Part shown: piece by piece, positions 28,604-37,486 of the stretch
Layout: each line of letters starts with the position of its first letter
Numbering within the stretch: the first letter of the stretch is position 1
Source of the DNA: a bacterium
GTDB taxonomy: Bacteria > Patescibacteriota > Minisyncoccia > Phycocordibacterales > UBA9973
Length of the DNA stretch: 64,000 bases
Direction: 5' to 3'
Assembly: GCA_037127795.1 (NCBI GenBank)
Contig: JBAXXQ010000001.1
Location: forward strand, 78,607-142,606
The notes under the pieces: generated by a model
What the model was told of the DNA's origin: nothing
What the model saw: only the letters and a program-made list of their open reading frames with translations
The model's database searches: none
Program-made: the position numbers and the translations under genes

Positions 28604-28669
28604 ACACTCTATACATAAACAAATCGTCTTCGGACGGTTTTTTTATTTGGAATACGGTATACTGTAGAT

Positions 28670-28933
28670 ATGTTATACGAATTTTATGGAGAAGAATGTC
28701 CTCACTGCCAGCGCATGCTCAAGCTTACGGCAAAGCTTATGGAAGAATTTCCACAAGTGCATATAGAGCGCAAAGAAATTTGGCACAATAAAGAAAATAT
28801 GGAGCTTATCAAAAAGTGTGATGTTGATGATGCATGCGGGGGTATTCCTTTTTATTACAATGATCAAAATCCTAGTGTTTGGCTTTGCGGGGAAGTCACT
28901 TATGCTGAATTAAAAAAGTGGGCTGGGGTGTAG
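28670..28933 (+). CDS. Thioredoxin/glutaredoxin-like protein
   Basis: FYGEECPHC, CGGIPF. Confidence 0.85.
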   Translation: MLYEFYGEECPHCQRMLKLTAKLMEEFPQVHIERKEIWHNKENMELIKKCDVDDACGGIPFYYNDQNPSVWLCGEVTYAELKKWAGV

Positions 28934-28934
28934 T

Positions 28935-29777
28935 ATGAGATATGTTTGGTATGCAATAGGTATTATATTTTTTTGTATGCCGGTATATGCGCAGGCAAAA
29001 GTGTCTCCACTTGTACTATCTGCGCGCGGTGTTGCTATCTATGGATACAAAAATAATATAGAAACAAGACTGTATCAAAAAAATCAGAACAACTTGTATC
29101 CAGTAGCAAGTATTACAAAGCTCGCTACTGCAAAGGTTGTAGAGGAAACTATTTCAGACTATACAAAAATATATACCAAGAGTCCTATCACTATATTACA
29201 CGCGACTCCAGTAGACACGCTCGCACAAACGAGCTTTTCTCGCGATGATTTGCTCCGCGCATTACTTATCAGCTCGAGTAATGATGCGGCAAATAGTTTT
29301 TGTACCTTTATAGGATATACCAAATGTATGCTACAGATAAATACTTTTTTGCATGATGGTGGCTATACCAAAACAGATTTTATAAATCCACACGGCCTCG
29401 ATCCAGCTCTGCCTACAGATCCACTCAATAGGATGACACCATACAATACTATACATCTTGTGCGCGACATATATACCCACGACCCATTCCTCGCTAGTAT
29501 TCTTTCAGAAAAAGAGTCCGATATCATAGATCAAAAAACTTTTTTGCAAACACATATAATCAGTAGTAATGAAATAAATGCAGACCCGCTATACAAAGAC
29601 AAAATTATTTTGAGCAAGACAGGGCGTACCAATAGGGCGGGGGAGAATATGGTTTTTGTCACTCAAGGAGGAAAGAAATTTGATTATATTGTGGTGGTAT
29701 TTTTTGGATCTCGCAGTCGTGTTGCTGATGGAGAAAAAATCCTTGATTGGTTGGATGTAAATGATGGGGAGTTTTAG
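28935..29777 (+). CDS. D-alanyl-D-alanine carboxypeptidase (peptidase S11)
   Basis: ASITKL, SSNDAA, NPHGLD, KTG. Confidence 0.9.
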   Translation: MRYVWYAIGIIFFCMPVYAQAKVSPLVLSARGVAIYGYKNNIETRLYQKNQNNLYPVASITKLATAKVVEETISDYTKIYTKSPITILHATPVDTLAQTSFSRDDLLRALLISSSNDAANSFCTFIGYTKCMLQINTFLHDGGYTKTDFINPHGLDPALPTDPLNRMTPYNTIHLVRDIYTHDPFLASILSEKESDIIDQKTFLQTHIISSNEINADPLYKDKIILSKTGRTNRAGENMVFVTQGGKKFDYIVVVFFGSRSRVADGEKILDWLDVNDGEF

Positions 29778-29814
29778 GTGTTGCAAAAAGTATTCAGAAG
29801 AGTATTATTCTCTG

Positions 29815-29952
29815 AAATGTTTTCTTAATTTTAACGATTAAAAAAGGAGGTGCATTATTATGAAAAAAAATAATTAACGAGTTTAGTTTTTTTAAGAGCC
29901 ATAGCTTTTAGCTATAGAAAGAGGGACCTTTTTAGGTTCCTCTTGTTTTTTT
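29815..29952 (+). ncRNA. Candidate small transcript with strong Shine-Dalgarno site and 5-codon ORF
   Basis: TTGCAA-N16-TATTAT promoter; AAGGAGGT-N8-ATG MKKNN*; terminator 29919-29952. Confidence 0.45.
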
Positions 29953-29957
29953 GGTAG

Positions 29958-30078
29958 GGTAGGAATCGCTTCTCGATTCGTTCGAAACAAATCTCTCGGT
30001 AGGAATCGCTTCTCGCCGCTGGTGCGGCTCGAAACAAAAATCTCTCATCGAGATTTTTGCCTACGGTTCGATTCCTAC
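29958..30078 (-). repeat. tRNA-linked structured element, family A (one full and one partial tandem copy)
   Basis: Core GAACCGTAGGC-hairpin-GTTTCGA..GAGAAGC bounded by inverted and direct copies of the tRNA-Arg T-arm. Confidence 0.8.
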
Positions 30079-30133
30079 TATCGAAAAACATATAATAAAA
30101 AATACCCACGAACGTGAGTATTTTTTATTATTG

Positions 30134-30205
30134 TCCTCTCGGTAGGAATCGAACCTACATCGCATCTTCCGCAAAGATGCGTCCTATCCATTGAACGACG
30201 AGAGG
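30134..30205 (-). tRNA. tRNA-Arg(GCG)
   Basis: Cloverleaf CCTCTCG...CGAGAGG A; anticodon arm CATCT-TTGCGGA-AGATG. Confidence 0.92.
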
Positions 30206-30224
30206 ATATGTATTTTTCAAAAGC

Positions 30225-30680
30225 TTAAAAACCGAGGCGTTCCATTATTTTCACCCCGAATGATTCTCGGAGGAAGCTTTCTTCTGCCTTTGTTTTTATA
30301 GCTTCTCGTACCTGGTCTACAGTGACCCCTTCTAGGTGCAAAACCCGGAGGGAAACAAAGCTTCCAGGGACGAGTAATAATAGCTTATCTGGTTTTTGAC
30401 TTTCGTCAAGCCAGAACTGCTTTATCCCTACAAAAGGGATCATTTCATCATTTACCAAAATACCTTTTTCTTCTATAGAAATAGTGAGCTCGCGAGGCTT
30501 ATGAAAAGACATAATAATCACCGTTGCTCCGGCAATAATGGCAAAAATACCAAAAAAGAGGTTTGAAAGAAGAAAAGATATTATAGCGACTGCGACTGCA
30601 ACAAGCCCTGCATACCAGATCCAGTCTGGATGGCGATCTTTTTCTTCGAATTCAAGTGTTTTCCATGTGAGTGGTTCCAT
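30225..30680 (-). CDS. Membrane hypothetical protein
   Basis: W.T.EF..K.R..DW.W, two TM helices, then a soluble beta-rich domain. Confidence 0.75.
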   Translation of the reverse strand: MEPLTWKTLEFEEKDRHPDWIWYAGLVAVAVAIISFLLSNLFFGIFAIIAGATVIIMSFHKPRELTISIEEKGILVNDEMIPFVGIKQFWLDESQKPDKLLLLVPGSFVSLRVLHLEGVTVDQVREAIKTKAEESFLRESFGVKIMERLGF

Positions 30681-30747
30681 ATAAAAAGTATATCATCTAT
30701 TGATTTTTCCAGCACCCTCTATATACTCATACTATGAGTTATACAGT

Positions 30748-31761
30748 ATGAATATAGTTTTTTTTGAAACAACGAACGAAGAAAAAGAAATATTAAGTAA
30801 GACATTTGCAGGTTTTTCTGTTACCTGTACAGATAAAAAATTAACAAAAGAGACTGTCGATATGGCGAGTGGTGCAGATATTGTTTCTGTATTTGTGAAT
30901 TCTACTGTGAGTAGTGAAGTGATTGACGCATTACCAAATCTCAAACATATCTCTACTCGATCGACTGGGTACGACCATATAGATAGTGTATATGCAAAGA
31001 CAAAAAATATCAGTGTCTCTACGGTACCATCATATGGATCAGAGACTGTTGCAGAGTTTGCATTTTCATTATTGTTAAACCTTTCTCGCAAGACGAGTGA
31101 TGCGGTACGACAAATTCGCGAAGAAGGAAGTTTTGATATAAGTCATTTTAGAGGATTTGATCTCGCTGGTAAGACTATCGGTGTCCTCGGTACGGGGAGA
31201 ATAGGGAAGCATGTGATTACTATTGCACAAGGTTTTGGTATGAAGGTTGTTGCATTTGATGCGTTTCCAAATACTGCATATGCGACAGAGCAAAATTTCA
31301 CTTACGCACCATTGCACGAAGTACTTGCACAATCTGATGTGGTCACTATTCATACCCCATACAACAAAGATACATTTCATCTGCTCAATAAAGAATCTAT
31401 CGCAAGTATGAAAAAAGGAAGCTATCTTATCAATACTGCTCGCGGAGAGATTGTCGATACTGAAGCGCTCATCTGGGGATTACAAGAGGGTATTATTGCG
31501 GGTGCTGCGCTTGATGTGCTCGAAGGAGAGCGACCACTCAAAGAAGAAGCAGAATTTCTTTTTGCAAAAAGTACTAGCGATGTTTCAAAAGAACAAGAAT
31601 TCAAAATCCTTTTGGAAGATCATATGTTGATGAAAATGCCGCAAGTACTCATCACGCCACACATTGCATTTTCTTCTGTAGAAGCAGAAAACGAAATTCT
31701 CAAAACAACTATAGATAATATTGAAAGCTTTATTCATAACACACCAAAAAATACTATATGA
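30748..31761 (+). CDS. D-isomer-specific 2-hydroxyacid (D-lactate) dehydrogenase
   Basis: RSTGYDHID, GTGRIG, INTARG, TPHIAF. Confidence 0.92.
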   Translation: MNIVFFETTNEEKEILSKTFAGFSVTCTDKKLTKETVDMASGADIVSVFVNSTVSSEVIDALPNLKHISTRSTGYDHIDSVYAKTKNISVSTVPSYGSETVAEFAFSLLLNLSRKTSDAVRQIREEGSFDISHFRGFDLAGKTIGVLGTGRIGKHVITIAQGFGMKVVAFDAFPNTAYATEQNFTYAPLHEVLAQSDVVTIHTPYNKDTFHLLNKESIASMKKGSYLINTARGEIVDTEALIWGLQEGIIAGAALDVLEGERPLKEEAEFLFAKSTSDVSKEQEFKILLEDHMLMKMPQVLITPHIAFSSVEAENEILKTTIDNIESFIHNTPKNTI

Positions 31762-32969
31762 ACAACCTCATAACAAAAGTAAGTGCCGAAGAAATCCTTG
31801 ATTCACGAAATACTCCTACACTCAAAGTCTCTGTCTGGTGTGGCGATATAGAAGGAATTTTTTCTGTACCATCTGGTGCAAGTACTGGTGCGCATGAAGC
31901 ATACGAGCTCCGCGATGAAGGCAAGCATGTCTCTACAGCTATAGCTAATGTAAATACAAAAATACACGAAGCATTGCTTGGGCATGATGTCACAGATCAA
32001 AAAGGAGTTGACGATATATTGCTCGCACTCGACGGGACGCCAAACAAAAAAGTATTGGGAGGTAATGCTATTATCGGGGTGAGTATTGCGTGCGCAAAAG
32101 CTGCAGCACAAGTACAACATGAAGAATTGTTTGCATATTTGAGAACACTTGCAACTATTGCACCTTCTCAAAAAACACCTTTTATATATATGAATATTAT
32201 CAATGGGGGCAAGCATGCAAAAAATGGTTTAGCATTTCAGGAATACCATATCGTGCCACAAGTAGACAGTGTTGTAGAAGCAGTAGAAATGGGTGCTCGT
32301 ATTCAAGAAGTACTTCGTGAAGATATTGTTGCGCAATACGGAGAAGACTCTGTAATACTTGGAGATGAAGGAGGGTTTGCGCCAGCTATACAAAATGTCC
32401 GCGAGCCGCTTGTACTTCTCGTGCAAGCAATAGAAAAAGCAGGGTATACCGGCAAGGTACGACTTGCGCTCGATGTTGCAGCATCTTCATTTTTTGAAAA
32501 TGGTAGCTATGTAGTAGATGGAAAAAATCTCACTCCTGACGAATTGTATGAATTGTATGAATCACTCATTGCAGAATTTAATCTATTTTCAGTTGAGGAT
32601 CCTTTTGATGAAGAAGACTTTGCGTCATTTACCAAACTCCATGCACAATACCCAAATCTTTTTGTAGTAGGGGATGATCTCACGGTGACAAATACTGAGC
32701 GCCTTGGTCTCGCAATAGAAAGAAAGAGTATCAATGCAATGATTATCAAACCAAACCAAGTAGGTTCACTGTCTGAGACATTGGCGACTATGGCTATGGC
32801 GCGAGCACATGATGTGCACCTTATTGTCAGCCATCGTAGTGGAGAAACAGATGATACCTTTATCGCAGATCTTGCATATGCATTTGGTTGTTTCGGATTG
32901 AAGTCTGGTGCACCTCGCAAGACAGAGCGAAAGGTAAAGTACGATAGATTAGAAAAAATTTCACAATAA
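31758..32969 (+). CDS. eno: Enolase
   Basis: VPSGASTG, GDEGGFAP, VGDDL, SHRSGET. Confidence 0.97.
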   Translation: MNNLITKVSAEEILDSRNTPTLKVSVWCGDIEGIFSVPSGASTGAHEAYELRDEGKHVSTAIANVNTKIHEALLGHDVTDQKGVDDILLALDGTPNKKVLGGNAIIGVSIACAKAAAQVQHEELFAYLRTLATIAPSQKTPFIYMNIINGGKHAKNGLAFQEYHIVPQVDSVVEAVEMGARIQEVLREDIVAQYGEDSVILGDEGGFAPAIQNVREPLVLLVQAIEKAGYTGKVRLALDVAASSFFENGSYVVDGKNLTPDELYELYESLIAEFNLFSVEDPFDEEDFASFTKLHAQYPNLFVVGDDLTVTNTERLGLAIERKSINAMIIKPNQVGSLSETLATMAMARAHDVHLIVSHRSGETDDTFIADLAYAFGCFGLKSGAPRKTERKVKYDRLEKISQ

Positions 32970-32972
32970 TAT

Positions 32973-33776
32973 ATGAATAAAAAAGCACAAATTGTCGCAA
33001 CGGTAGGTCCTAGTAGTAAAAGTGTCGAAGTGCTTCGTGCAATGATTGCAGGAGGTATGAATGTTGTGCGGTTGAATTTTTCTTGGGGGAGCTATGAAGA
33101 GCATGCACAATATATTCATGATGTGCGCATACTCGCGCAAGAAATGGGCGTGCATATTCCTATTATCCAAGATCTCTCTGGTCCTCGTATCCAAGAAACA
33201 CATGGGCACGAATTTGATATACATGCCGTGACCGATATCACAGAAAAAGATATGAAAGATTTGTCTTTTGGTCTTTCTCAAAATGTAGATTATGTTGCAC
33301 TTTCTTTTGTAGGAAATGCGGGTGATATAGTGCAGTTGAAAAAGCTTATACAAGATGCAGGAAAGAGTACTCCTGTCATTGCAAAAATTGAGCGCGCTAT
33401 AGCATTGCAAAATATCGATGAGATTATTGCGGCGACAGATGCAGTAATGATTGCTCGTGGCGATCTCGGTAATGAAATGCCTTTAGAAAAAATTCCTTTT
33501 ATAGAAAAAACACTCATTGCAAAATGCAAAGCTGCTGGCAAGCCTGTAATCACAGCAACACAAATGATGCTCTCAATGACCAAGAGTCCTACTCCAACCC
33601 GTGCTGAAGTGACCGATGTTGCATATGCAATATTGAATGGCTCAGATGCAGTGATGCTTTCTGAAGAAAGTGCAAACGGCGAGCACCCTGTAGAAGCTGT
33701 GTCTATGATGAATCGTATTATCGCAGAAGCAGAGACACATATAGCTCCTGATACCGTTTTTCACCCGCTCGTGTAA
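32973..33776 (+). CDS. pyk: Pyruvate kinase, catalytic barrel only
   Basis: IVATVGP, RLNFS, AKIE, ARGDLG, ATQMM, PTRAE, MLSEESA; only 267 aa. Confidence 0.92.
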   Translation: MNKKAQIVATVGPSSKSVEVLRAMIAGGMNVVRLNFSWGSYEEHAQYIHDVRILAQEMGVHIPIIQDLSGPRIQETHGHEFDIHAVTDITEKDMKDLSFGLSQNVDYVALSFVGNAGDIVQLKKLIQDAGKSTPVIAKIERAIALQNIDEIIAATDAVMIARGDLGNEMPLEKIPFIEKTLIAKCKAAGKPVITATQMMLSMTKSPTPTRAEVTDVAYAILNGSDAVMLSEESANGEHPVEAVSMMNRIIAEAETHIAPDTVFHPLV

Positions 33777-33788
33777 TAATATCCCTAT

Positions 33789-34898
33789 ATGATCAAGACC
33801 CGAAACAAAATATTGCATTTTTTGTACACAAAAGCTGCAAAACCGTTGTTTTTTAAGGTAGACCCTGAAACACTCCACGACCATATGGTCGTTTCTGGGG
33901 TGTTTTTGGGTAGATACCGCATAACTAGGGCACTTACAGGCTTATTGTTTGATTACGCGCATCCTATGCTCGCACAGGACATTTTAGGGGTGCATTTCTC
34001 AAATCCTATAGGCCTTTCTGCGGGATTTGATAAAAACGGAGAACTTACTAATATTTTACCCTTTGTTGGATTTGGGTTTGCTGAGCTTGGATCGGTGACA
34101 GGGTTTCGCTGTGCAGGGAATCCCAAGCCTCGTTTGTGGCGTCTCCCGCAGTCTCGGGGGCTCGTCGTGTATTACGGACTCAAAAATGATGGGGCAGAAA
34201 GTATTGCAAAAAAACTTTCAAATAAGAAATTCAAAAATCGTATCGGTATCAGTGTGGCGATGACCAACTGCAAAGAAAACAATGATATACCGACAGCGGT
34301 AGAGGATTACAAAAAAGCATTTGGGAGTTTTCTTGAAATTGGTGATTATATAACCATCAATATTAGTTGCCCCAATACTATGGGAGGGCAGCCATTTATA
34401 TTGCCAGAAAATTTGGAATTACTCCTCGCAGGTATCGATACTATTGCTACACAAAAACCAATTTTTATAAAACTATCTCCTGATATGAATCATGACCAGA
34501 TAGATATTGTCCTCGATATTGCAAAACATCATCGCGTGCACGGTATTATTTGTACCAATCTCACCAAAAAACGAGACAACCCACTCTTGCTCGATAGTGA
34601 TATTCCGACTGTTGGGGGGATTAGTGGGGTCCCTGTTGCAGGGCTTGCCGATGATATGATTGCGTATATTTATAAAAAAGAAAAAGATCGTTTTGTACTT
34701 ATAGGTGTCGGTGGGGTATTTTCTGCAGAAGATGCATACAAAAAAATCCGTAACGGGGCAAGTCTTATACAAATTATTACTGGAATGATTTTTGAAGGAC
34801 CGCAATTGATAAGTGAAATAAATCGCGGCCTTGTCGAATTACTAAAAAAAGACGGTTTTGCCAATATATCCGAAGCGGTGGGTGTTGATGTATACTAG
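33789..34898 (+). CDS. pyrD: Quinone-dependent (class 2) dihydroorotate dehydrogenase
   Basis: GLSAGFDKN, GNPKPRL, NISCPNT, KLSPD, GGISG. Confidence 0.92.
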   Translation: MIKTRNKILHFLYTKAAKPLFFKVDPETLHDHMVVSGVFLGRYRITRALTGLLFDYAHPMLAQDILGVHFSNPIGLSAGFDKNGELTNILPFVGFGFAELGSVTGFRCAGNPKPRLWRLPQSRGLVVYYGLKNDGAESIAKKLSNKKFKNRIGISVAMTNCKENNDIPTAVEDYKKAFGSFLEIGDYITINISCPNTMGGQPFILPENLELLLAGIDTIATQKPIFIKLSPDMNHDQIDIVLDIAKHHRVHGIICTNLTKKRDNPLLLDSDIPTVGGISGVPVAGLADDMIAYIYKKEKDRFVLIGVGGVFSAEDAYKKIRNGASLIQIITGMIFEGPQLISEINRGLVELLKKDGFANISEAVGVDVY

Positions 34899-34903
34899 TA
34901 CTT

Positions 34904-35557
34904 ATGGAAGAAACACACACAGGAAAACTCATCATTGTCCGCCACCAAGAATCTGAATGGAATAAGCTTGGGCTTTGGACTGGCGTACACGATACAAGTC
35001 TCACACCGTATGGATTCAAAGAATCAGAAGCTGCAGGGAAGTGTATTCGAGATGTTTCTTTTAATTACGCATTTGCGTCTATGTATGTGCGCACTATCGA
35101 GACACTCGCATCTATTTTGAATGTATGTCTCACTGATGCAGAAAAAAAGAAAGTACACATAGAGCATCGCGCCGAGCTCAATGAGCGCGACTATGGTGAC
35201 TATACTGGCAAAAACAAATGGGATATGGAGAAGCTCCTCGGAGAAGAAGCTTTTGTAGAGCTTCGTCGCGCATGGGATTATCCGGTACCCAATGGCGAAA
35301 CACTCAAGATGGTATATGAGCGCGTAGTACCTTTTTATACAGCAACTATCGTACCACTCCTTCAAGCAGGTAATAATGTCCTCATTGTATCTCATGGCAA
35401 TACTATCCGTGCCCTTACCAAATATATAGAACGTATTTCAGATACAGAGATTGCAAATGTAGAAATGCTTTTTGGGCAAGTGGTTATTTATACGACAGAT
35501 ACAGATGGGCACATGCTCACCAAACAAATTCGTATTATCGAAGGCGTGAAAGAATAA
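34904..35557 (+). CDS. gpmA: 2,3-bisphosphoglycerate-dependent phosphoglycerate mutase
   Basis: RHQESEWN, LNERDYG, SHGNTIR. Confidence 0.9.
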   Translation: MEETHTGKLIIVRHQESEWNKLGLWTGVHDTSLTPYGFKESEAAGKCIRDVSFNYAFASMYVRTIETLASILNVCLTDAEKKKVHIEHRAELNERDYGDYTGKNKWDMEKLLGEEAFVELRRAWDYPVPNGETLKMVYERVVPFYTATIVPLLQAGNNVLIVSHGNTIRALTKYIERISDTEIANVEMLFGQVVIYTTDTDGHMLTKQIRIIEGVKE

Positions 35558-35761
35558 TTACTGTGTGAGGTTTTGAATATTGCCCACGTAGTTTGCCATA
35601 AAAGAGGGGATCGCAAATACGAGCCCAATGAGAGGAAGTACAAAAAGTGCGACAGTGATGATCATAGTCCATTTAAAATACTTTCGGGTCTTTTCTACTG
35701 ATGCATATACTGCATCTATTTTTTTACTAAGTTCTTCAATTTTTTGTTCAGTGTTTTCCAT
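35558..35761 (-). CDS. Small membrane protein
   Basis: Coiled coil, SVEKTRKYF, TM helix. Confidence 0.7.
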   Translation of the reverse strand: MENTEQKIEELSKKIDAVYASVEKTRKYFKWTMIITVALFVLPLIGLVFAIPSFMANYVGNIQNLTQ

Positions 35762-35785
35762 AGAGATAAGTATATAAGTAATAAA

Positions 35786-36061
35786 TTAAAATAACCAATT
35801 TAGACTAGGTACTGATTTAATTTTTTCATCATAAATATTTCGATTTTTTTTATTTAACCAAGGAGAATTTTTGTCGTTATATATGAAAAAGGTATCATTA
35901 TGTTCATTAGTTTTAATTAAGGTAATTTCTTTTTCTGTTATTGTTATATCATTTTGAATAGTTACGTAGTCTCTATTAAAACAAATATATTTATTTGATT
36001 CTATTTTTTTAAAACCATAGGGCATTTTTTCTCGGTAAAGCTTCTCGATAGATTTCTGCAT
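35786..36061 (-). CDS. Hypothetical protein (AT-rich)
   Basis: 91 aa; MPYG...FNRDY...YND..SPW. Confidence 0.6.
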   Translation of the reverse strand: MQKSIEKLYREKMPYGFKKIESNKYICFNRDYVTIQNDITITEKEITLIKTNEHNDTFFIYNDKNSPWLNKKNRNIYDEKIKSVPSLNWLF

Positions 36062-36075
36062 ATTTTTATAAAAAA

Positions 36076-36273
36076 TTACTTTATACCTACGATTTTTTTA
36101 ACCTTATCGCTTTTTTTACCGTCTTTCCATAGGTGGGTTTTACCAAGACCGCTACTTACAGTTATTATAATAATAAGTGGAAACCAATAGTGACTATCAA
36201 TAGATCCCGCAAAAGATATATAGACTATAGTATATATTAAGACACAGGTTATTGTAATAGATATTTTGTTCAT
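36076..36273 (-). CDS. Small membrane hypothetical protein
   Basis: 65 aa, two hydrophobic segments. Confidence 0.5.
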   Translation of the reverse strand: MNKISITITCVLIYTIVYISFAGSIDSHYWFPLIIIITVSSGLGKTHLWKDGKKSDKVKKIVGIK

Positions 36274-36324
36274 ATAATTTAGTATATTTCTTTATTATAT
36301 AAAAATCAATCAATACAACAATAT

Positions 36325-36440
36325 TGGTGAGATTCGGTCACGAATCACTAAATATTTTTATTCATAAAATTCTAAAAATATAAAGTGTTCGCGACCCCGC
36401 CTCAGCGCTGTATCGCCTCCCAGGCGCGCGCTTCCGGTTT
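36325..36440 (-). repeat. tRNA-linked structured element, family B
   Basis: GAGGCGGGGTCGCGA...TCGTGACC followed by a 12-bp copy of the tRNA-Ser 3' T-arm. Confidence 0.75.
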
Positions 36441-36506
36441 TCTCATATCGCACATTCCGAGTAGATACTAAAAAACACTATCAGAAGATAGTGTTTTTTA
36501 GTATTG

Positions 36507-36593
36507 CGGAGGTGGTGAGATTCGAACTCACGGTACGGTTCCCCATACGACTGTTTTCAAGACAGTTGCCTTCAACCACTCAGCCACACCTCC
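36507..36593 (-). tRNA. tRNA-Ser(TGA)
   Basis: GGAGGTG...CACCTCC G; long variable arm; loop CTTGAAA. Confidence 0.95.
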
Positions 36594-36674
36594 TTGTGTT
36601 TCTTCGTTGAGTGGAGTAATCCTATAGTATCATAATCACCAAATTTTTCAATCTTTGTGCTAGTATTGGTATAT

Positions 36675-37061
36675 ATGAGATATATTGGTGTGGATTATGG
36701 GTCAAAACGAGTAGGGGTGGCTGTTTCAGATAGTGAGGGGCTTTTGGCATTTCCTCGAGAAATAGTCCCTCAAAAAGAATCATTGCAATATATACTTACT
36801 TTGTGCAAAGAAATGCCGTGCGGGGGTATTGTTATAGGAAAATCGCTCGATAGTAATGGTAACCAAAATCGTATTATGGATGCGATCCATGATTTTGAGA
36901 CAGTACTCATGAAGCATACCAAGGTCCCTATTTATTTTGAACGAGAAGACTTTTCTTCTTTTGAGGCGCACCGGTTCCAATTGGAAAAGGGGAATAGAGA
37001 TGATAGTGCCGCCGCTATAATCCTCCAACGTTTCCTCGATAAGAAAAATATGAGAAACTAA
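36675..37061 (+). CDS. ruvX: YqgF/RuvX-family nuclease
   Basis: GVDYGSKRVGVAVSD, DDSAAAIILQRFL. Confidence 0.9.
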   Translation: MRYIGVDYGSKRVGVAVSDSEGLLAFPREIVPQKESLQYILTLCKEMPCGGIVIGKSLDSNGNQNRIMDAIHDFETVLMKHTKVPIYFEREDFSSFEAHRFQLEKGNRDDSAAAIILQRFLDKKNMRN

Positions 37062-37065
37062 TACT

Positions 37066-37458
37066 ATGCAAACAGAAGACACACAGACAGAAATACAAAA
37101 AGAAGAAACAGTGGTAGAAGAAAAAACCTACATCACTATAGACGACTTTAAAAAAGTTGAAGCGCGTATTGGAAAAATCCTTACCGCAGAAGCAGTAGAA
37201 AATTCTGATAAGCTTATAAAATTTTCAATTGATTTTGGAGAAGAAAATCCTCGCCAAATATTGTCTGCAATTCGTGAATGGTATACAGACCCGAGTGCGC
37301 TTGTAGGGAAGAGTATGCTTTTTTGTACAAATCTCGCGCCGCGTCCTATCAGAGGGTATGAATCCAACGGTATGTTGATGGCAGTAGATGGTATAGATGG
37401 CAAACCAGTTTTTCTTGTTGCAGATGATGCAGTGCATCCTGGTAGTGCCGTGCGATAA
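37066..37458 (+). CDS. Stand-alone tRNA-binding OB-fold protein (MetG C-terminal/Trbp111-like)
   Basis: ITIDDFKKVEARIG, SDKL, NLAPR, ESNGM. Confidence 0.88.
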   Translation: MQTEDTQTEIQKEETVVEEKTYITIDDFKKVEARIGKILTAEAVENSDKLIKFSIDFGEENPRQILSAIREWYTDPSALVGKSMLFCTNLAPRPIRGYESNGMLMAVDGIDGKPVFLVADDAVHPGSAVR

Positions 37459-37486
37459 AAATAAAAATATCGTATACTACATACAC

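Noticed and set aside
29912-30109. 65-aa ORF, and a CRISPR-like look of the GGTAGGAATCGCTTCTCG repeats
   Set aside because: The ORF crosses the tRNA-linked element; there are only two copies, derived from the tRNA T-arm, with related spacers and no cas genes
34934-34960. RHQES instead of RHGES in GpmA as a sign of pseudogenisation
   Set aside because: The catalytic Arg-His and all other motifs are intact
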